A DNA stretch of 64,000 nt from an uncultured Jatrophihabitans sp. (GTDB taxonomy: Bacteria > Actinomycetota > Actinomycetes > Mycobacteriales > Jatrophihabitantaceae), in contig NZ_CAXUNP010000009.1 in the NCBI RefSeq assembly GCF_964252635.1, forward strand, positions 40,548-104,547, written 5' to 3'. The notes under the pieces were generated by a model. The model did no database searches and had not been told where the DNA came from. It saw only the letters and a list, made by a program, of their open reading frames with translations. The number at the start of each line of letters is the position of its first letter. Position 1 is the first letter of the stretch. Below are positions 9,636 to 19,507 of the stretch, one piece after another. A program made the position numbers and the translations under genes.

Positions 9636-10534
9636 CCTTGATGCTCATCGACGCCGCCAACCTGTACTTCCGCGCGTTCCACGCCATCCCCGACACCGTC
9701 ACCGCGCCGGACGGCCGCCCCGTGAACGCGATCCGCGGCTTCCTGGACATGTCGGCCTCCCTCATCGACAAGCGGCGTCCGTCCCGCTGGGTGGCCTGCC
9801 TCGACCTGGACTGGCGACCCGCGTTCCGCGTCGAGCTCGTCCCGACCTACAAGGCGCACCGGGTGGCACCCGACGGCGGCGAGGAGGTTCCCGACCTGCT
9901 GAGCCCGCAGGTGCCGCTCCTGCTCCAGGTGCTGACGGCGTTCGGTCTCGCGTGCGCCGGCGCCGAGGGTTTCGAGGCCGACGACGTCATGGCGGCCCTG
10001 GCGCGTCGCGACCGCGACCGGGTGGAGGTCGTCAGCGGCGACCGCGACATGCTGGCCCTGGCCGACGACCGCGTCACCGTGCTGTACACCGGCAAGGGGA
10101 TCGCCAAGATGGAGGACATGACGCCGGCCGCGGTGCGGACGAAGTACGGCATCCCGGCCGAGAACTACGCCGACTTCGCGGTGCTGCGCGGCGACCCCAG
10201 CGACGGCCTGCCGGGCGTCGCCGGCGTCGGCGAGAAGACCGCCGCCGCGCTGGTGTCCCGCTTCGGCACGATCGAGCAGATCGTGGCCGCGGCGACCGCC
10301 GGCGACGACGGGTTCCCGGCCGGCGCCGCGGCCAAGGTGCGGGCCGCGACCGACTACCTCGCGAAGGCGCCGTCAGCCGTCCGCCTGCGCAGCGACGCCC
10401 CGGTGCCGGAGGTTGACGACGACCTGCCCGCCCGTCCGCGAGATGCGGACCGGCTTGCCGAGCTGGCGACCGAGCTCGGCCTCGAGAGCTCGGTCGAGCG
10501 CCTGACGAAGGCAGTGGCCGCCGCGCGCGGCTGA
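9632..10534 (+). CDS. 5'-3' exonuclease (second FEN-like paralog)
   Basis: MTLMLIDAANLYFRAFHA, VVSGDRDM, H3TH LRGDPSDGLPGVAGVGEKTAAALV. Only the last 300 codons of ORF 8333-10534 look like protein. Confidence 0.85.
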   Translation: MTLMLIDAANLYFRAFHAIPDTVTAPDGRPVNAIRGFLDMSASLIDKRRPSRWVACLDLDWRPAFRVELVPTYKAHRVAPDGGEEVPDLLSPQVPLLLQVLTAFGLACAGAEGFEADDVMAALARRDRDRVEVVSGDRDMLALADDRVTVLYTGKGIAKMEDMTPAAVRTKYGIPAENYADFAVLRGDPSDGLPGVAGVGEKTAAALVSRFGTIEQIVAAATAGDDGFPAGAAAKVRAATDYLAKAPSAVRLRSDAPVPEVDDDLPARPRDADRLAELATELGLESSVERLTKAVAAARG

Positions 10535-10548
10535 CGCAGACCCGACCG

Positions 10549-11742
10549 TCAGCTCGTCGGCTGCACCGTGTACTTGGCGTCGCTGGTCTTGGTGATGGTC
10601 ACCCGGTAGGTCGCCTTGGCCGAGGTCGTGCACGTGAAGGTGGCGTCCTTCTTCACTGTGATGTCCTTGCCGTTGTTGCACGAGACGCCGCTGCGGCTGA
10701 ACGTGCTGGCGATGTACTTCTCGACCGCGGTGTGGCTGAGCTTCTTGTCGGCGAAGGGTTTGAACACCGCGAAGATCAGCACCAGCGCGACGGCGACCAC
10801 CACGACGACGGCGACGAGGGCGATCAGCAGGCCCTTGCGACTCTTGCGCTCGGGCTGCGGCGTCGACGGGTAGGCACCGCCCTGGCCGTAGCCCTGCTGG
10901 CCGTAGCCCTGCTGGCCGTAGCCCTGCTGGCCGTAGGACTGCTGGCCCTGCCCGTAGTTCTGCTGGCCGTAGGACTGCTGGCCCTGCCCGTAGGACAGTT
11001 GGCCGTAGCCCTGCTGGCCCTGCCCGTAGGACTGTCGGCCGTAGCCCTGCTGGCCGTAGGACTGCTGGCCGTAGCCCTGCTGACCCTGTCCGTAGGACGG
11101 CTGGCCCTGGCCGTAGGACTGCGCACCATGGTTCTGCTGGGCCTGCTGGCCGTAGGACTGCTGGCCGAACGAGCCGCCGGCGGACAGCGCCGTCGTCTCG
11201 TGTCCAGAGTCCGGCCCGGCCGCGTCGCTCGGCTTGCTCCACGGGCTCGGCGCCGGGCCGGACCCCTGGGGTGACGGGCTCGGCCGCTGCTGGCTGCCCT
11301 GGTCCCCCCAGGAAGGCTGCTGCTGACCCTGCTGCTGATCGCCCTGCTGCCCCCAGGAGGGCTGCTGCGCATTCTGCTGCTGGCCGGCCTGCTGGCCGCC
11401 CTGCTGCCCGTAGGACTGCTGGCCGCTCTGCTGCCCGTAGGACTGCTGACCGCCCTGCTGCCCGTACGACGGCTGCTGGGCAGCCTGCTGCTGGCCGAAC
11501 GGCGGCGGCGTGCCCTGGCCGGCGGCCTGGCCACCCGGAGTCGGATCACCGGCCAGTCGCGGCACCACCCGCGTCGCGTGGTCGTCGTCCTCCGCACCGG
11601 CATCGGACCGTGCGTCGGGCTCCTCGCGGGGGTTCTGTGCCTCGGGCGCAGGTGGCGGCGGCGGCCACGACTGCTGCTGCGGCGGCGTGTTCTGCGGCCA
11701 CTGCTGGCCGGGGTTGCCGCCCTGGTTGCTCTGGTCGGACAT
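10549..11742 (-). CDS. Membrane-anchored protein: Gln/Gly/Ser/Tyr-rich low-complexity N-terminus, one TM helix, C-terminal DUF4333-like domain
   Basis: ATG 11742 ([10 protein letters not shown]...). About 18 [S/G/N]-Y-G-Q repeats. TM helix [25 protein letters not shown]-terminal about 85 aa with two Cys ([20 protein letters not shown]) resembles actinobacterial DUF4333. The upstream part of ORF 10549-12825 overlaps helY and is rejected. Confidence 0.75.
   Translation of the reverse strand: MSDQSNQGGNPGQQWPQNTPPQQQSWPPPPPAPEAQNPREEPDARSDAGAEDDDHATRVVPRLAGDPTPGGQAAGQGTPPPFGQQQAAQQPSYGQQGGQQSYGQQSGQQSYGQQGGQQAGQQQNAQQPSWGQQGDQQQGQQQPSWGDQGSQQRPSPSPQGSGPAPSPWSKPSDAAGPDSGHETTALSAGGSFGQQSYGQQAQQNHGAQSYGQGQPSYGQGQQGYGQQSYGQQGYGRQSYGQGQQGYGQLSYGQGQQSYGQQNYGQGQQSYGQQGYGQQGYGQQGYGQGGAYPSTPQPERKSRKGLLIALVAVVVVVAVALVLIFAVFKPFADKKLSHTAVEKYIASTFSRSGVSCNNGKDITVKKDATFTCTTSAKATYRVTITKTSDAKYTVQPTS
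10866..11175. repeat. Coding tandem repeats (15-bp GGCCGTAGCCCTGCT-type units and variants)
   Basis: Read directly, e.g. three consecutive perfect units at about 10884-10930. They encode the YGQQG/SYGQG repeats on the minus strand. Confidence 0.8.
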
Positions 11743-11876
11743 GCGCCACCTCACCGATCGGGTCGTTCGAGCCGCGATCACGGTAGCGCCTGGACCTACG
11801 CGGTGTCCGGGCCGACACCGTCCCGGCCGACATTCTGGGGCCACGTCGCCCTGGCCCGTGCTGTTCGGTCTGCAGG

Positions 11877-14615
11877 TCAGGGCTGCATGCTCTGCGCGAC
11901 CACGCCGTGCCTGATGGCCGCGGCGGCGCTGCGGGCGACGGCGCCCACCGTGGACGCGCCGCCGTTCGGGCCGGGCGCGGCGGCGAGCTGCTCGAGCAGG
12001 TCCAGCACCTGCTTGCACCAGCGGATGAAGTCTCCGGCCGACAGCTCGTTGCCGCGTTCGGCAGCCACCCCGAGTACGCGGTCGAGACGCTCCTGCCGGG
12101 CCCAGCGGTACATGGCCCAGACGAAGCCGAGCTGCGGCTCGCGGCTGGGCGGCAGCTGCCGCTGCTCCTCGACGTCCGCGAGGTCGGCCCAGATGCGTTC
12201 GGTGGCGGCCAGGGCGTCGCGCACCGCCGAGCTGGGCATGGCGTCGACCAGCAACTCCTCGCGGCGCGCCTCGTACACCAGCGACGAGGCCACCGCGGCG
12301 AGCTCGGCCGGGTCGAGCCCGTCCCAGACCCCGGCGCGCAGACACTCGGCGGTGAGCAGGTCGGTCTCGGACCAGATGCGGGCCAGCTGCCGCCCGGCCG
12401 GCGTCGTCTCGTCGCCGTCGAGGTAGCCGCGCTCGTCGAGCAGGTCGCAGATCCGGTCGAACGTGCGGCCCAGCGAGCCGGTGCGGCCGTCGATGCGCCG
12501 GCGCAGCCCCTCGTTCTCGCGGGCCAGGCGGCTGTACCGCTCGCCCCAGCGGGCGTGCTGCTCGCGGTCGGTGCACTGGTGGCACGGGTGCGCCCGGAGC
12601 GCGCGTCGCAGCCGCTGGACCTCGGCGTCGCCGTCGCCGGTCACGTCCGCGCCCGCGCGCCGGGGCCGTCGCGGGACGTCGTCCGGCAGGTCCAGCGCAC
12701 GCAGGCTCGACGCGAGGTCCCGACGCTCCTGCGGTGAGCGGTGGTTGACGTGCTTGGGCACGCGCACCGAGCCCAGCACGTCCACTGCCATGGGGAAGTC
12801 GACGAGCGACAACCGACCCGACCACCGGCCCTCGGTGACCACCAGCGGACGCGGATCGTCGCGCGGGGCGACCCCCGGGTCCAGAACCACCGCGAGCCCG
12901 GCGCGCCGACCGCGCGGCACCCGGATGACGTCCCCGCGCCGCAGCGCCTCCAGCGAGGCGGCGATCGCTCCACGCCGCTCCCGTGCACCCTCGCGGGCGA
13001 GCAGGGTCTCGCGCTCGCCGAGTCGCCGACGCAGGTCGGCGTACTCGGCGAAGTCACCGAGGTGGCACTGCATCTGCGCCGCATGCTGGCGCAGGGTCTC
13101 CTCGTTGCGCCGGATCTGGGCGAGCAGCCCGGCCACCCCGCGGTCGGCCTGGAACTGCGCGAACGACGCCTCGAGCAGGGTGCGGGCCTGGCCACGCCCC
13201 ATCTGCCCGACGAGGTTGACGGCCATGTTGTACGACGGCCGGAACGACGAGCGCAGCGGATAGGTGCGGTTGGACGCGAGCCCGGCGACCCGCTGCGGAT
13301 CGACGTCCGGCGACCAGACGACGACGGCGTGCCCCTCGACGTCGATGCCGCGGCGACCGGCCCGGCCGGTCAGCTGGGTGTACTCCCCCGGCGTGACGTC
13401 GGCGTGCGACTCACCGTTGAACTTCGTGAGCCGTTCGAGCACGACTGTACGGGCCGGCATGTTGATGCCCAGCGCCAACGTCTCGGTGGCGAACACGGCG
13501 CGGACCAGGCCGCGGACGAACAGTTCCTCGACGGTCTGCTTGAACGCCGGGATGAGCCCTGCGTGGTGGGCGGCCACGCCCCGACGCAACCCGTCGCGCC
13601 ACTCCCAGTAACCCAGCACCTCGAGGTCCTCGCGAGGCACCTCGGCGGTGAGTTCGTCGACAACCTCGTCGATCTCCGTGCGCTCGTCCTCGTCGGTGAG
13701 CCACAGCCCCGCCCACACGCACTGCTTGGCCGCGGCGTCGCACCCGGCCCGGCTGAAGATGAAGGTGATTGCCGGGAGCAGGCCCTCGCGGTCGAGGCGG
13801 GTGATGACGTCCGGTCGGTGCGGCGGTCGCCAGCCGCGTCCCCCGCGCCCGCCCCGCCGGTTGGGCACCGGGTCGACGTAGCGGGTGCGGTCGGCGACCT
13901 GGCGCAGCAGCTGCCCGTCGACGGAACTGCCGTCGGGCCCGAACAGGTCGAACATCCGCGTGCCGACCAGGACGTGCTGCCACAGCGGCACCGGCCGCTC
14001 CTCGTGCACGATCACCCTCGTCTCGCCCCGCACCGACACCAGCCACTCGCCGAACTCCTCGGCGTTGCTGACCGTGGCCGACAGCGAGATCAGCCGCACC
14101 GCGGCCGGCAGGTGGATGATCACTTCCTCCCACACGGCGCCGCGGAACCGGTCGCCGAGGTAGTGCACCTCGTCCATGACGACGTACCCGAGCCCGGCCA
14201 GCGCGGGGCTGCCGACGTAGAGCATGTTGCGCAGCACCTCGGTGGTCATCACGACCACGGGAGCGTCCGGGTTGATCGCGGTGTCGCCGGTCAGCAGCCC
14301 CACCTGTGCGGTGCCGTACCGGTCGACGAGGTCGTTGTACTTCTGGTTCGACAGCGCCTTGATCGGCGTCGTGTAGAAGCACTTCTGGTGCGCGGCGAGG
14401 GCCAGGTGAACGCCGAACTCCCCGACGACGGTCTTGCCGGCACCCGTGGGGGCGCAGACGAGCACCGAGTACCCGTCCTCCAGCGCCTCGCAGCCCTGCT
14501 CCTGGAACGGGTCGAGCGCGAACGGCAGTTCGGCGCGGAAGTCGACGAGGATCGGGCGCCCCCGGCGGCGCCGGGACGCGGCGTACCGCTCACTCGGCGA
14601 CGACATGCCCTCCAC
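11877..14615 (-). CDS. helY: Ski2-like DEAD/DEAH-box ATP-dependent RNA helicase HelY
   Basis: Walker [16 protein letters not shown] box (VMDEVHYL), SAT (SLSATV), helicase C motifs ([16 protein letters not shown]), long C-terminal Ski2-type region. The first ATG is at 14606. Confidence 0.9.
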   Translation of the reverse strand: MEGMSSPSERYAASRRRRGRPILVDFRAELPFALDPFQEQGCEALEDGYSVLVCAPTGAGKTVVGEFGVHLALAAHQKCFYTTPIKALSNQKYNDLVDRYGTAQVGLLTGDTAINPDAPVVVMTTEVLRNMLYVGSPALAGLGYVVMDEVHYLGDRFRGAVWEEVIIHLPAAVRLISLSATVSNAEEFGEWLVSVRGETRVIVHEERPVPLWQHVLVGTRMFDLFGPDGSSVDGQLLRQVADRTRYVDPVPNRRGGRGGRGWRPPHRPDVITRLDREGLLPAITFIFSRAGCDAAAKQCVWAGLWLTDEDERTEIDEVVDELTAEVPREDLEVLGYWEWRDGLRRGVAAHHAGLIPAFKQTVEELFVRGLVRAVFATETLALGINMPARTVVLERLTKFNGESHADVTPGEYTQLTGRAGRRGIDVEGHAVVVWSPDVDPQRVAGLASNRTYPLRSSFRPSYNMAVNLVGQMGRGQARTLLEASFAQFQADRGVAGLLAQIRRNEETLRQHAAQMQCHLGDFAEYADLRRRLGERETLLAREGARERRGAIAASLEALRRGDVIRVPRGRRAGLAVVLDPGVAPRDDPRPLVVTEGRWSGRLSLVDFPMAVDVLGSVRVPKHVNHRSPQERRDLASSLRALDLPDDVPRRPRRAGADVTGDGDAEVQRLRRALRAHPCHQCTDREQHARWGERYSRLARENEGLRRRIDGRTGSLGRTFDRICDLLDERGYLDGDETTPAGRQLARIWSETDLLTAECLRAGVWDGLDPAELAAVASSLVYEARREELLVDAMPSSAVRDALAATERIWADLADVEEQRQLPPSREPQLGFVWAMYRWARQERLDRVLGVAAERGNELSAGDFIRWCKQVLDLLEQLAAAPGPNGGASTVGAVARSAAAAIRHGVVAQSMQP

Positions 14616-14652
14616 AGTAGGCGGGCGGACCCGACGGCCGGACCGACAGCCG

Positions 14653-15576
14653 TCAGGTCGTGTCGGACCACGCGTCGCCGGCGACGGGCAACGACCGCGG
14701 GATGGGGTCGACGACGGACGGCTCGTCGTCCTCGAGGTGCTGCTCGGCGCGCTCGATCGCCTTCCGGCGGGCCTTGCGGCGGTCGTGGACGACCGCGAAC
14801 AGCACCGCGCCCTCGAAGAGCACGACCATGGGCACGGCCATCGCGCACATCGTGAACGGGTCCGTGCTCGGGGTGGCGACCGCTGCGAACAGGAAGATCA
14901 GGAAGATCGCGATGCGCTGCGACTTCTTCAGGATGCGGGCGGACAGCACGCCGGCCATGTTGGCCATCACCACGAGCAGCGGCAGTTCGAAGGCGGCGCC
15001 GAACACCACGAGCATCAGGGTGACGAAGGAGATGTAGTCGTTGATCGTCAGCTGGGCCTGGGTGCCGTACCCGGACTGCTCGAGCAGCACCTGCAGGCCC
15101 TTGGACAGCACGGCGTAGGCCAGTGACATGCCTGCCGCGAACAGCACCGTCGAGACCGCGATGAACGAGATCGTGTAGCGGCGCTCGTTCTTGCGCAGGC
15201 CGGGGGTGATGAAGGCCCAGATCTGGTACAGCCAGAACGGTGCGGTGAAGATCGCTCCGGTGATCACCGAGACCTTCAGGCGGGTGGTGAACCCGTCCAG
15301 CGCGCCGTGATAGATCAGAGCGCACTCGGGCGCGTCCTTACCCGCCGACACGACCCGGTACTTCTCGGGAACCGAGCAGTAGGGGTGCCGCAGGAACTCG
15401 AGCGTGTGCGGGTACAGGAACCACCCGACGACCGCGCCGACGGCGATGAACACCAGCGCCCACACGATGCGACGTCGCAGCTCCCGCAGATGGTCCATGA
15501 CGGCCATCCGGCCGTCCGGGGTCTTGGCCGGGCGCTGCTTCTTCGCCTTGCGCGTCCGCACCTGCTTGTCGACCAT
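14653..15576 (-). CDS. tatC: Twin-arginine translocase subunit TatC
   Basis: MDHLRELRRRIVWALVFIAVG... with six predicted TM segments typical of TatC. ATG 15576. Confidence 0.95.
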   Translation of the reverse strand: MVDKQVRTRKAKKQRPAKTPDGRMAVMDHLRELRRRIVWALVFIAVGAVVGWFLYPHTLEFLRHPYCSVPEKYRVVSAGKDAPECALIYHGALDGFTTRLKVSVITGAIFTAPFWLYQIWAFITPGLRKNERRYTISFIAVSTVLFAAGMSLAYAVLSKGLQVLLEQSGYGTQAQLTINDYISFVTLMLVVFGAAFELPLLVVMANMAGVLSARILKKSQRIAIFLIFLFAAVATPSTDPFTMCAMAVPMVVLFEGAVLFAVVHDRRKARRKAIERAEQHLEDDEPSVVDPIPRSLPVAGDAWSDTT

Positions 15577-15594
15577 CGGCGTCAGCCAGCCCTG

Positions 15595-15810
15595 TCAGCG
15601 CAGGCCGGCGGCGCTCAGGCGGGCCTGCGCGGCGGAGATCCCGCCCTGCAGGTCCACCAGCTGCCCGTTGAGCTCCTGCAGCTGCGCGAGGTCGCGCCGG
15701 AGCCGGCGGGCCTTCCAGCTCAGTTCGTAGGCGCAGAAGCCCAGCACGACGACGGCAACGACGGCCGCGCCGATCCAGGCACCGATCGGGATCCACTCCA
15801 CGTGCAGCAC
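15595..15810 (-). CDS. Small membrane protein (one TM helix plus coiled-coil tail), function unknown; occupies the position where tatA is expected
   Basis: 71-aa ORF: WIPIGAWIGAAVVAVVVLGFCAY followed by an Arg/Leu/Gln-rich helix. It lacks the TatA hinge/amphipathic motif (..LLFG.KKLP..). GTG start(s). Coding status is not proven. Confidence 0.4.
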   Translation of the reverse strand: MLHVEWIPIGAWIGAAVVAVVVLGFCAYELSWKARRLRRDLAQLQELNGQLVDLQGGISAAQARLSAAGLR

Positions 15811-15837
15811 TCTACGTCGCCGCAGCCGTGAACAGCC

Positions 15838-16785
15838 CTACGTGTAGGCAGCAAGGGTGCGTACGGCCTCGGCGCGAACGTCCTCGGCCAGCCACTCGGG
15901 CGAGAGCACCTCGACCTGGCCCGCCGAACCGAGCACCAACGCCCGCACCCATCCGGGGTCGGCCACCCGCAACTCGATGCGCAGGCGGTCGCCGTCCTCG
16001 TGCAGGTTCTCGATGGCGTAGTAGTCGGCCACCCAGGCGTAGGCCGGGCCCAACCGCAGACCGACGAGCAGGTGCTCGACCGCGGGCTGGAACACCCCCT
16101 CGGAGAGGTCCCGCGGCTCGACGCCGGCCGGCACCGAGGCCGGCTCGTCCAGTTCGACGACGTCCTCCATGCGGTCGAGCCGGAAGACGCGCATGCCCTC
16201 CACACGGCGGCACCACGCCTCGACGTAGGTGTTGTCGTCGGCGACGAACATCCGCACCGGGTCGATGGTGCGCTCGGTGGTCTCGTCGCGGGAGGCGCTG
16301 TAGTACCGGATGCGCAGGGCGCGGCCGCGGTCGAAGGCGTTGCGGACGACCGGCAGCAGGCGCTCGGCGTCGTCGAGCTGCACCGCGACGGTCTCGTCGC
16401 GCACCGCCTCCCCCGCCACCGACTCGACCTTGGCCAGCGCGCGTTGCACGGCGTCGGTGTCCGCCAGACCCGGCGTCTCGGCGAGGGTGCGCAGAGCCAC
16501 CACGAGGGCCAGCGCCTCCTCGGCGGTCAACCGCAGGGGCCGCGACATACCCGCGTCGAAGACGACCTCGACGTTCTCGCCCTCGAAGGACAGGTCGATG
16601 AGGTCCCCCGGGCCGTGGCCGGGCAGCCCGCACATCCACAGCAGGGTCAGGTCGCGGCGCAACTGCGCGTCGGTGATCCCGAAATCGGCGGCGGCCTGCT
16701 CGACGCTGATGCCCGGGCGGGCCTGCAGGTACGGGACGAGGGCCAGCAGTCGGGGCAGGCGCTCCTCGTTGGAGTTGGTGGCCAT
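15838..16785 (-). CDS. pafC: Proteasome accessory factor PafC (HTH-WYL regulator)
   Basis: N-terminal winged HTH (RLLALVPYLQARPGISVEQAAADFGIT), WYL-type C-terminal half, third gene of the pafA-pafB-pafC order. The start overlaps the pafB stop. Confidence 0.85.
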   Translation of the reverse strand: MATNSNEERLPRLLALVPYLQARPGISVEQAAADFGITDAQLRRDLTLLWMCGLPGHGPGDLIDLSFEGENVEVVFDAGMSRPLRLTAEEALALVVALRTLAETPGLADTDAVQRALAKVESVAGEAVRDETVAVQLDDAERLLPVVRNAFDRGRALRIRYYSASRDETTERTIDPVRMFVADDNTYVEAWCRRVEGMRVFRLDRMEDVVELDEPASVPAGVEPRDLSEGVFQPAVEHLLVGLRLGPAYAWVADYYAIENLHEDGDRLRIELRVADPGWVRALVLGSAGQVEVLSPEWLAEDVRAEAVRTLAAYT

Positions 16786-17741
16786 CACCCCACCGGGCCC
16801 GCGACGGCACGCAGCCGCTCGACGACCGCGGCGGCGAGGTCGGCGGGCTCGATCACCCGCGCTGCGGCGCCGCTGCCGGCCACCAACCGGGCCAGCCAGC
16901 CGGTGTCGGTGAAGTCCACCGTCAGCACCCCGTCGCGCTCGGAGCGGGCGATGCGGCGCAACTGGCCGGCGCCGCCCTCGCTGACCTGGATGCGCGCGAC
17001 CCGGTCGCGCTCGGGTTGGGCGCCGGCCACCATGTCGAGCAGGTCGACGTGGTCGGGACGCTCGAACGCGCCGGGCCCGCCCACCGTCTGGACGCTGCCG
17101 ATGATGCGGCCGAGCCGGAAGCTCCGCGGCTGGTCGCGGTCACGGTCGAAGCCGGCCACGTACCAGCGCCGGCGCCAGGACAGCACGCCCCACGGCTCGA
17201 GGGTGCGGGTCTCGGGCGCCGAAGACCCGGCCTTGGTGTAGTCGAACCGGACGACGGTGGCCGAGCGGGACGCGGCCAGCAGCGGCGGCAGCGCCGGGTC
17301 GCTGGCGTCGAGCTGGGGCACTGCTCCCGGCGCGTCGGCGGCGCGGACGTCGGTACCCGCCGCGCGCAGCTTGATCAGCGCCTGCCGGGCCGGCTCGCCG
17401 AGCGTGGCCGACTGCCAGAGCCGGGCGGCCAGGCCCACGGCCGCCGCTTCAGCCGCGTCGAACTCGATGGCCGGCAACTCGTAGTCGCGGCGCCGGATGC
17501 GGTACCCGTCCTCGGCATCGAAGTGGCTGTTGCGGCCGGTCTCGAGCGGGATGCCGAGGTCGCGCAGCTCGGCCTTGTCGCGCTCGAACATCCGCTTGAA
17601 CGCCTCGTCCGTCGCCTTCGCACCGTCGGCGGCCTCGTAGCCGGGCACGGCGTCGCGGATGCGCTCGGCGGTGAGGAACTGGCGGGTCGAGAGCAGGCAG
17701 ATGACCAGGTTCACGAGTCGTTCCGCGCGCCGGGCTGCCAT
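16785..17741 (-). CDS. pafB: Proteasome accessory factor PafB (HTH-WYL regulator)
   Basis: MAARRAERLVNLVICLLSTRQFLTAERIRDAV... HTH, WYL-like segment (LSWRRRWYVAGFD). ATG 17741 is the internal Met of ORF 16785-17861. Confidence 0.85.
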   Translation of the reverse strand: MAARRAERLVNLVICLLSTRQFLTAERIRDAVPGYEAADGAKATDEAFKRMFERDKAELRDLGIPLETGRNSHFDAEDGYRIRRRDYELPAIEFDAAEAAAVGLAARLWQSATLGEPARQALIKLRAAGTDVRAADAPGAVPQLDASDPALPPLLAASRSATVVRFDYTKAGSSAPETRTLEPWGVLSWRRRWYVAGFDRDRDQPRSFRLGRIIGSVQTVGGPGAFERPDHVDLLDMVAGAQPERDRVARIQVSEGGAGQLRRIARSERDGVLTVDFTDTGWLARLVAGSGAAARVIEPADLAAAVVERLRAVAGPVG

Positions 17742-17888
17742 GTCCTCAAAGCTAATCCGCGCGCGCGGCCTGCGCTGCTCGGCACGCCTGGAACCCATGG
17801 GCCCGATCATTGCCGATCGGGCGGCTGCGCGGGTAACGGGTATCGAGGCTCGGCGCGTCACGACAGGTGTCCCGGCCGCAGCCGTGGC

Positions 17889-19247
17889 TCACATCGAGGC
17901 GATGAGCTTCTCGACCCGCTCGTCGACGCTGCGGAACGGGTCCTTGCACAGCACGGTGCGTTGCGCTTGGTCGTTGAGCTTGAGGTGGACCCAGTCGACG
18001 GTGAAGTCGCGGCGGCGTTCCTGGGCCCGCTTGATGAAGTCACCACGCAGCTTGGCCCGCGTGTTCTGCGGCGGCACGCTCTTGGCCTCGAAGATCTCCA
18101 GGTCGTTGACGACCCGTTCGACCGCGCCCTTGCGCTGCAGCAGGTAGTACAGCCCGCGGGTGCGCGAGATGTCGTGATAGGCGAGATCCAGCTGGGCGAC
18201 CCGGGGTGAGCTCAGCGGCAGGTCGTGCTTGGCGCGGTAGCGCTCGATGAGCTGGTACTTCGTCGCCCAGTCGATCTCGCGGTCGATGAGGGTGAGGTCC
18301 TGCTTCTCGACGGCGTCCAGGGTGCGGCCCCAGAGCTCGAGCACCCGCTTCGACGACGCGTCCTCACCGGTGCGGGCCACGAAGTCGACGGCCTTGGTGT
18401 AGTACTCGCGCTGGATCTGCAGGGCCGACGCGCTGCGCCCGGCGGCCAGCCGCACGGCGCGGGTGCCGGTGAGGTCGTGGCTGATCTCGCGGATGGCGCG
18501 GATCGGGTTCTCCAGCGTCAGGTCGTTGAACTGCACGCCGTTCTCGATCATGCGCAGGACGAGGTCGGCCGACCCGACCTTGAGGAAGGTGGTCGACTCG
18601 TTCATGTTCGAGTCACCGACGATGACGTGCAGGCGGCGGTAGCGCTCGGCGTCGGCGTGCGGCTCGTCGCGCGTGTTGATGATCGGTCGGCTGCGCGTGG
18701 TGGCCGAGCTGACGCCCTCCCAGATGTGCTCGGCACGCTGGCTCACGCAGTACACGGCGCCGCGGGGGGTCTGCAGCACCTTGCCCGCACCGCAGATCAG
18801 CTGGCGGGTGACCAGGAACGGGATGAGCACGTCGGCGAGACGGCTGAACTCGCCGTGCCGGCCGACCAGGAAGTTCTCGTGGCAGCCGTAGGAGTTGCCG
18901 GCCGAGTCGGTGTTGTTCTTGAACAGGTAGATGTCGCCGGCGATGCCCTCGTCGTGCAGGCGCTTCTCGGCGTCCACCACGAGGCCCTCGAGCACGCGCT
19001 CGCCGGCCTTGTCGTGCGCCACCAGGCTTTCCAGCGAGTCGCACTCCGGGGTGGCGTACTCGGGGTGGCTCCCGACGTCCAGGTAGAGCCGCGCACCGTT
19101 CTTGAGGAAGACGTTCGACGAGCGGCCCCAGGACACGACCCGACGGAAGAGGTAGCGCGCAACCTCGTCCGGCGACAGCCGGCGCTGACCGTGGAACGTG
19201 CACGTGACGCCGTACTCGTTCTCCAGGCCGAGGATCCGCTTGTGCAT
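17889..19247 (-). CDS. pafA: Pup--protein ligase PafA
   Basis: [16 protein letters not shown]...[21 protein letters not shown] is the classic PafA/Dop N-terminus. 452 codons from ATG 19247. There is no Dop-specific insertion that I can see. Confidence 0.95.
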   Translation of the reverse strand: MHKRILGLENEYGVTCTFHGQRRLSPDEVARYLFRRVVSWGRSSNVFLKNGARLYLDVGSHPEYATPECDSLESLVAHDKAGERVLEGLVVDAEKRLHDEGIAGDIYLFKNNTDSAGNSYGCHENFLVGRHGEFSRLADVLIPFLVTRQLICGAGKVLQTPRGAVYCVSQRAEHIWEGVSSATTRSRPIINTRDEPHADAERYRRLHVIVGDSNMNESTTFLKVGSADLVLRMIENGVQFNDLTLENPIRAIREISHDLTGTRAVRLAAGRSASALQIQREYYTKAVDFVARTGEDASSKRVLELWGRTLDAVEKQDLTLIDREIDWATKYQLIERYRAKHDLPLSSPRVAQLDLAYHDISRTRGLYYLLQRKGAVERVVNDLEIFEAKSVPPQNTRAKLRGDFIKRAQERRRDFTVDWVHLKLNDQAQRTVLCKDPFRSVDERVEKLIASM

Positions 19248-19439
19248 ACCTTGCAGAGTAACCACGCGATGCCGGACGGGCGGGCACGACGGGGCCGTCG
19301 GGACGAGTGGCGACGGCGCCCGCCGACCACGGTGATGCGGTCGTCCGAACCGCCGCGCTCCGGGTCCGTCGACGGTGTGCGGACGCACGGGTTCCGACCC
19401 GTGTGCGCGCGCACCGCCGTTTACCCGTGACGGCCCGTC

Positions 19440-19468
19440 TTTACAATCAGACGTCTTCTGTCTAACCT
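19440..19468 (+). promoter_or_regulatory. Candidate sigma70-type promoter for alkB with embedded palindrome
   Basis: TTTACA (19440-19445), 17-nt spacer, TAACCT (19463-19468) in a locally AT-rich patch. The spacer contains the palindrome AGACGTCT (19449-19456), a possible TetR operator. Confidence 0.4.
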
Positions 19469-19507
19469 CTGGATTCACCGGCTTGCCGTGTCAACCGAGG
19501 AGGCAGC

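Noticed and set aside
10732-11274. Plus-strand ORF with LLAVALLAV repeats, and minus-strand ORFs 10373-11242 and 10824-11603
   Set aside because: These are alternative-frame or antisense translations of the 15-bp tandem repeats that encode the SYGQQ protein. Their periodicity is a by-product of the DNA repeat.
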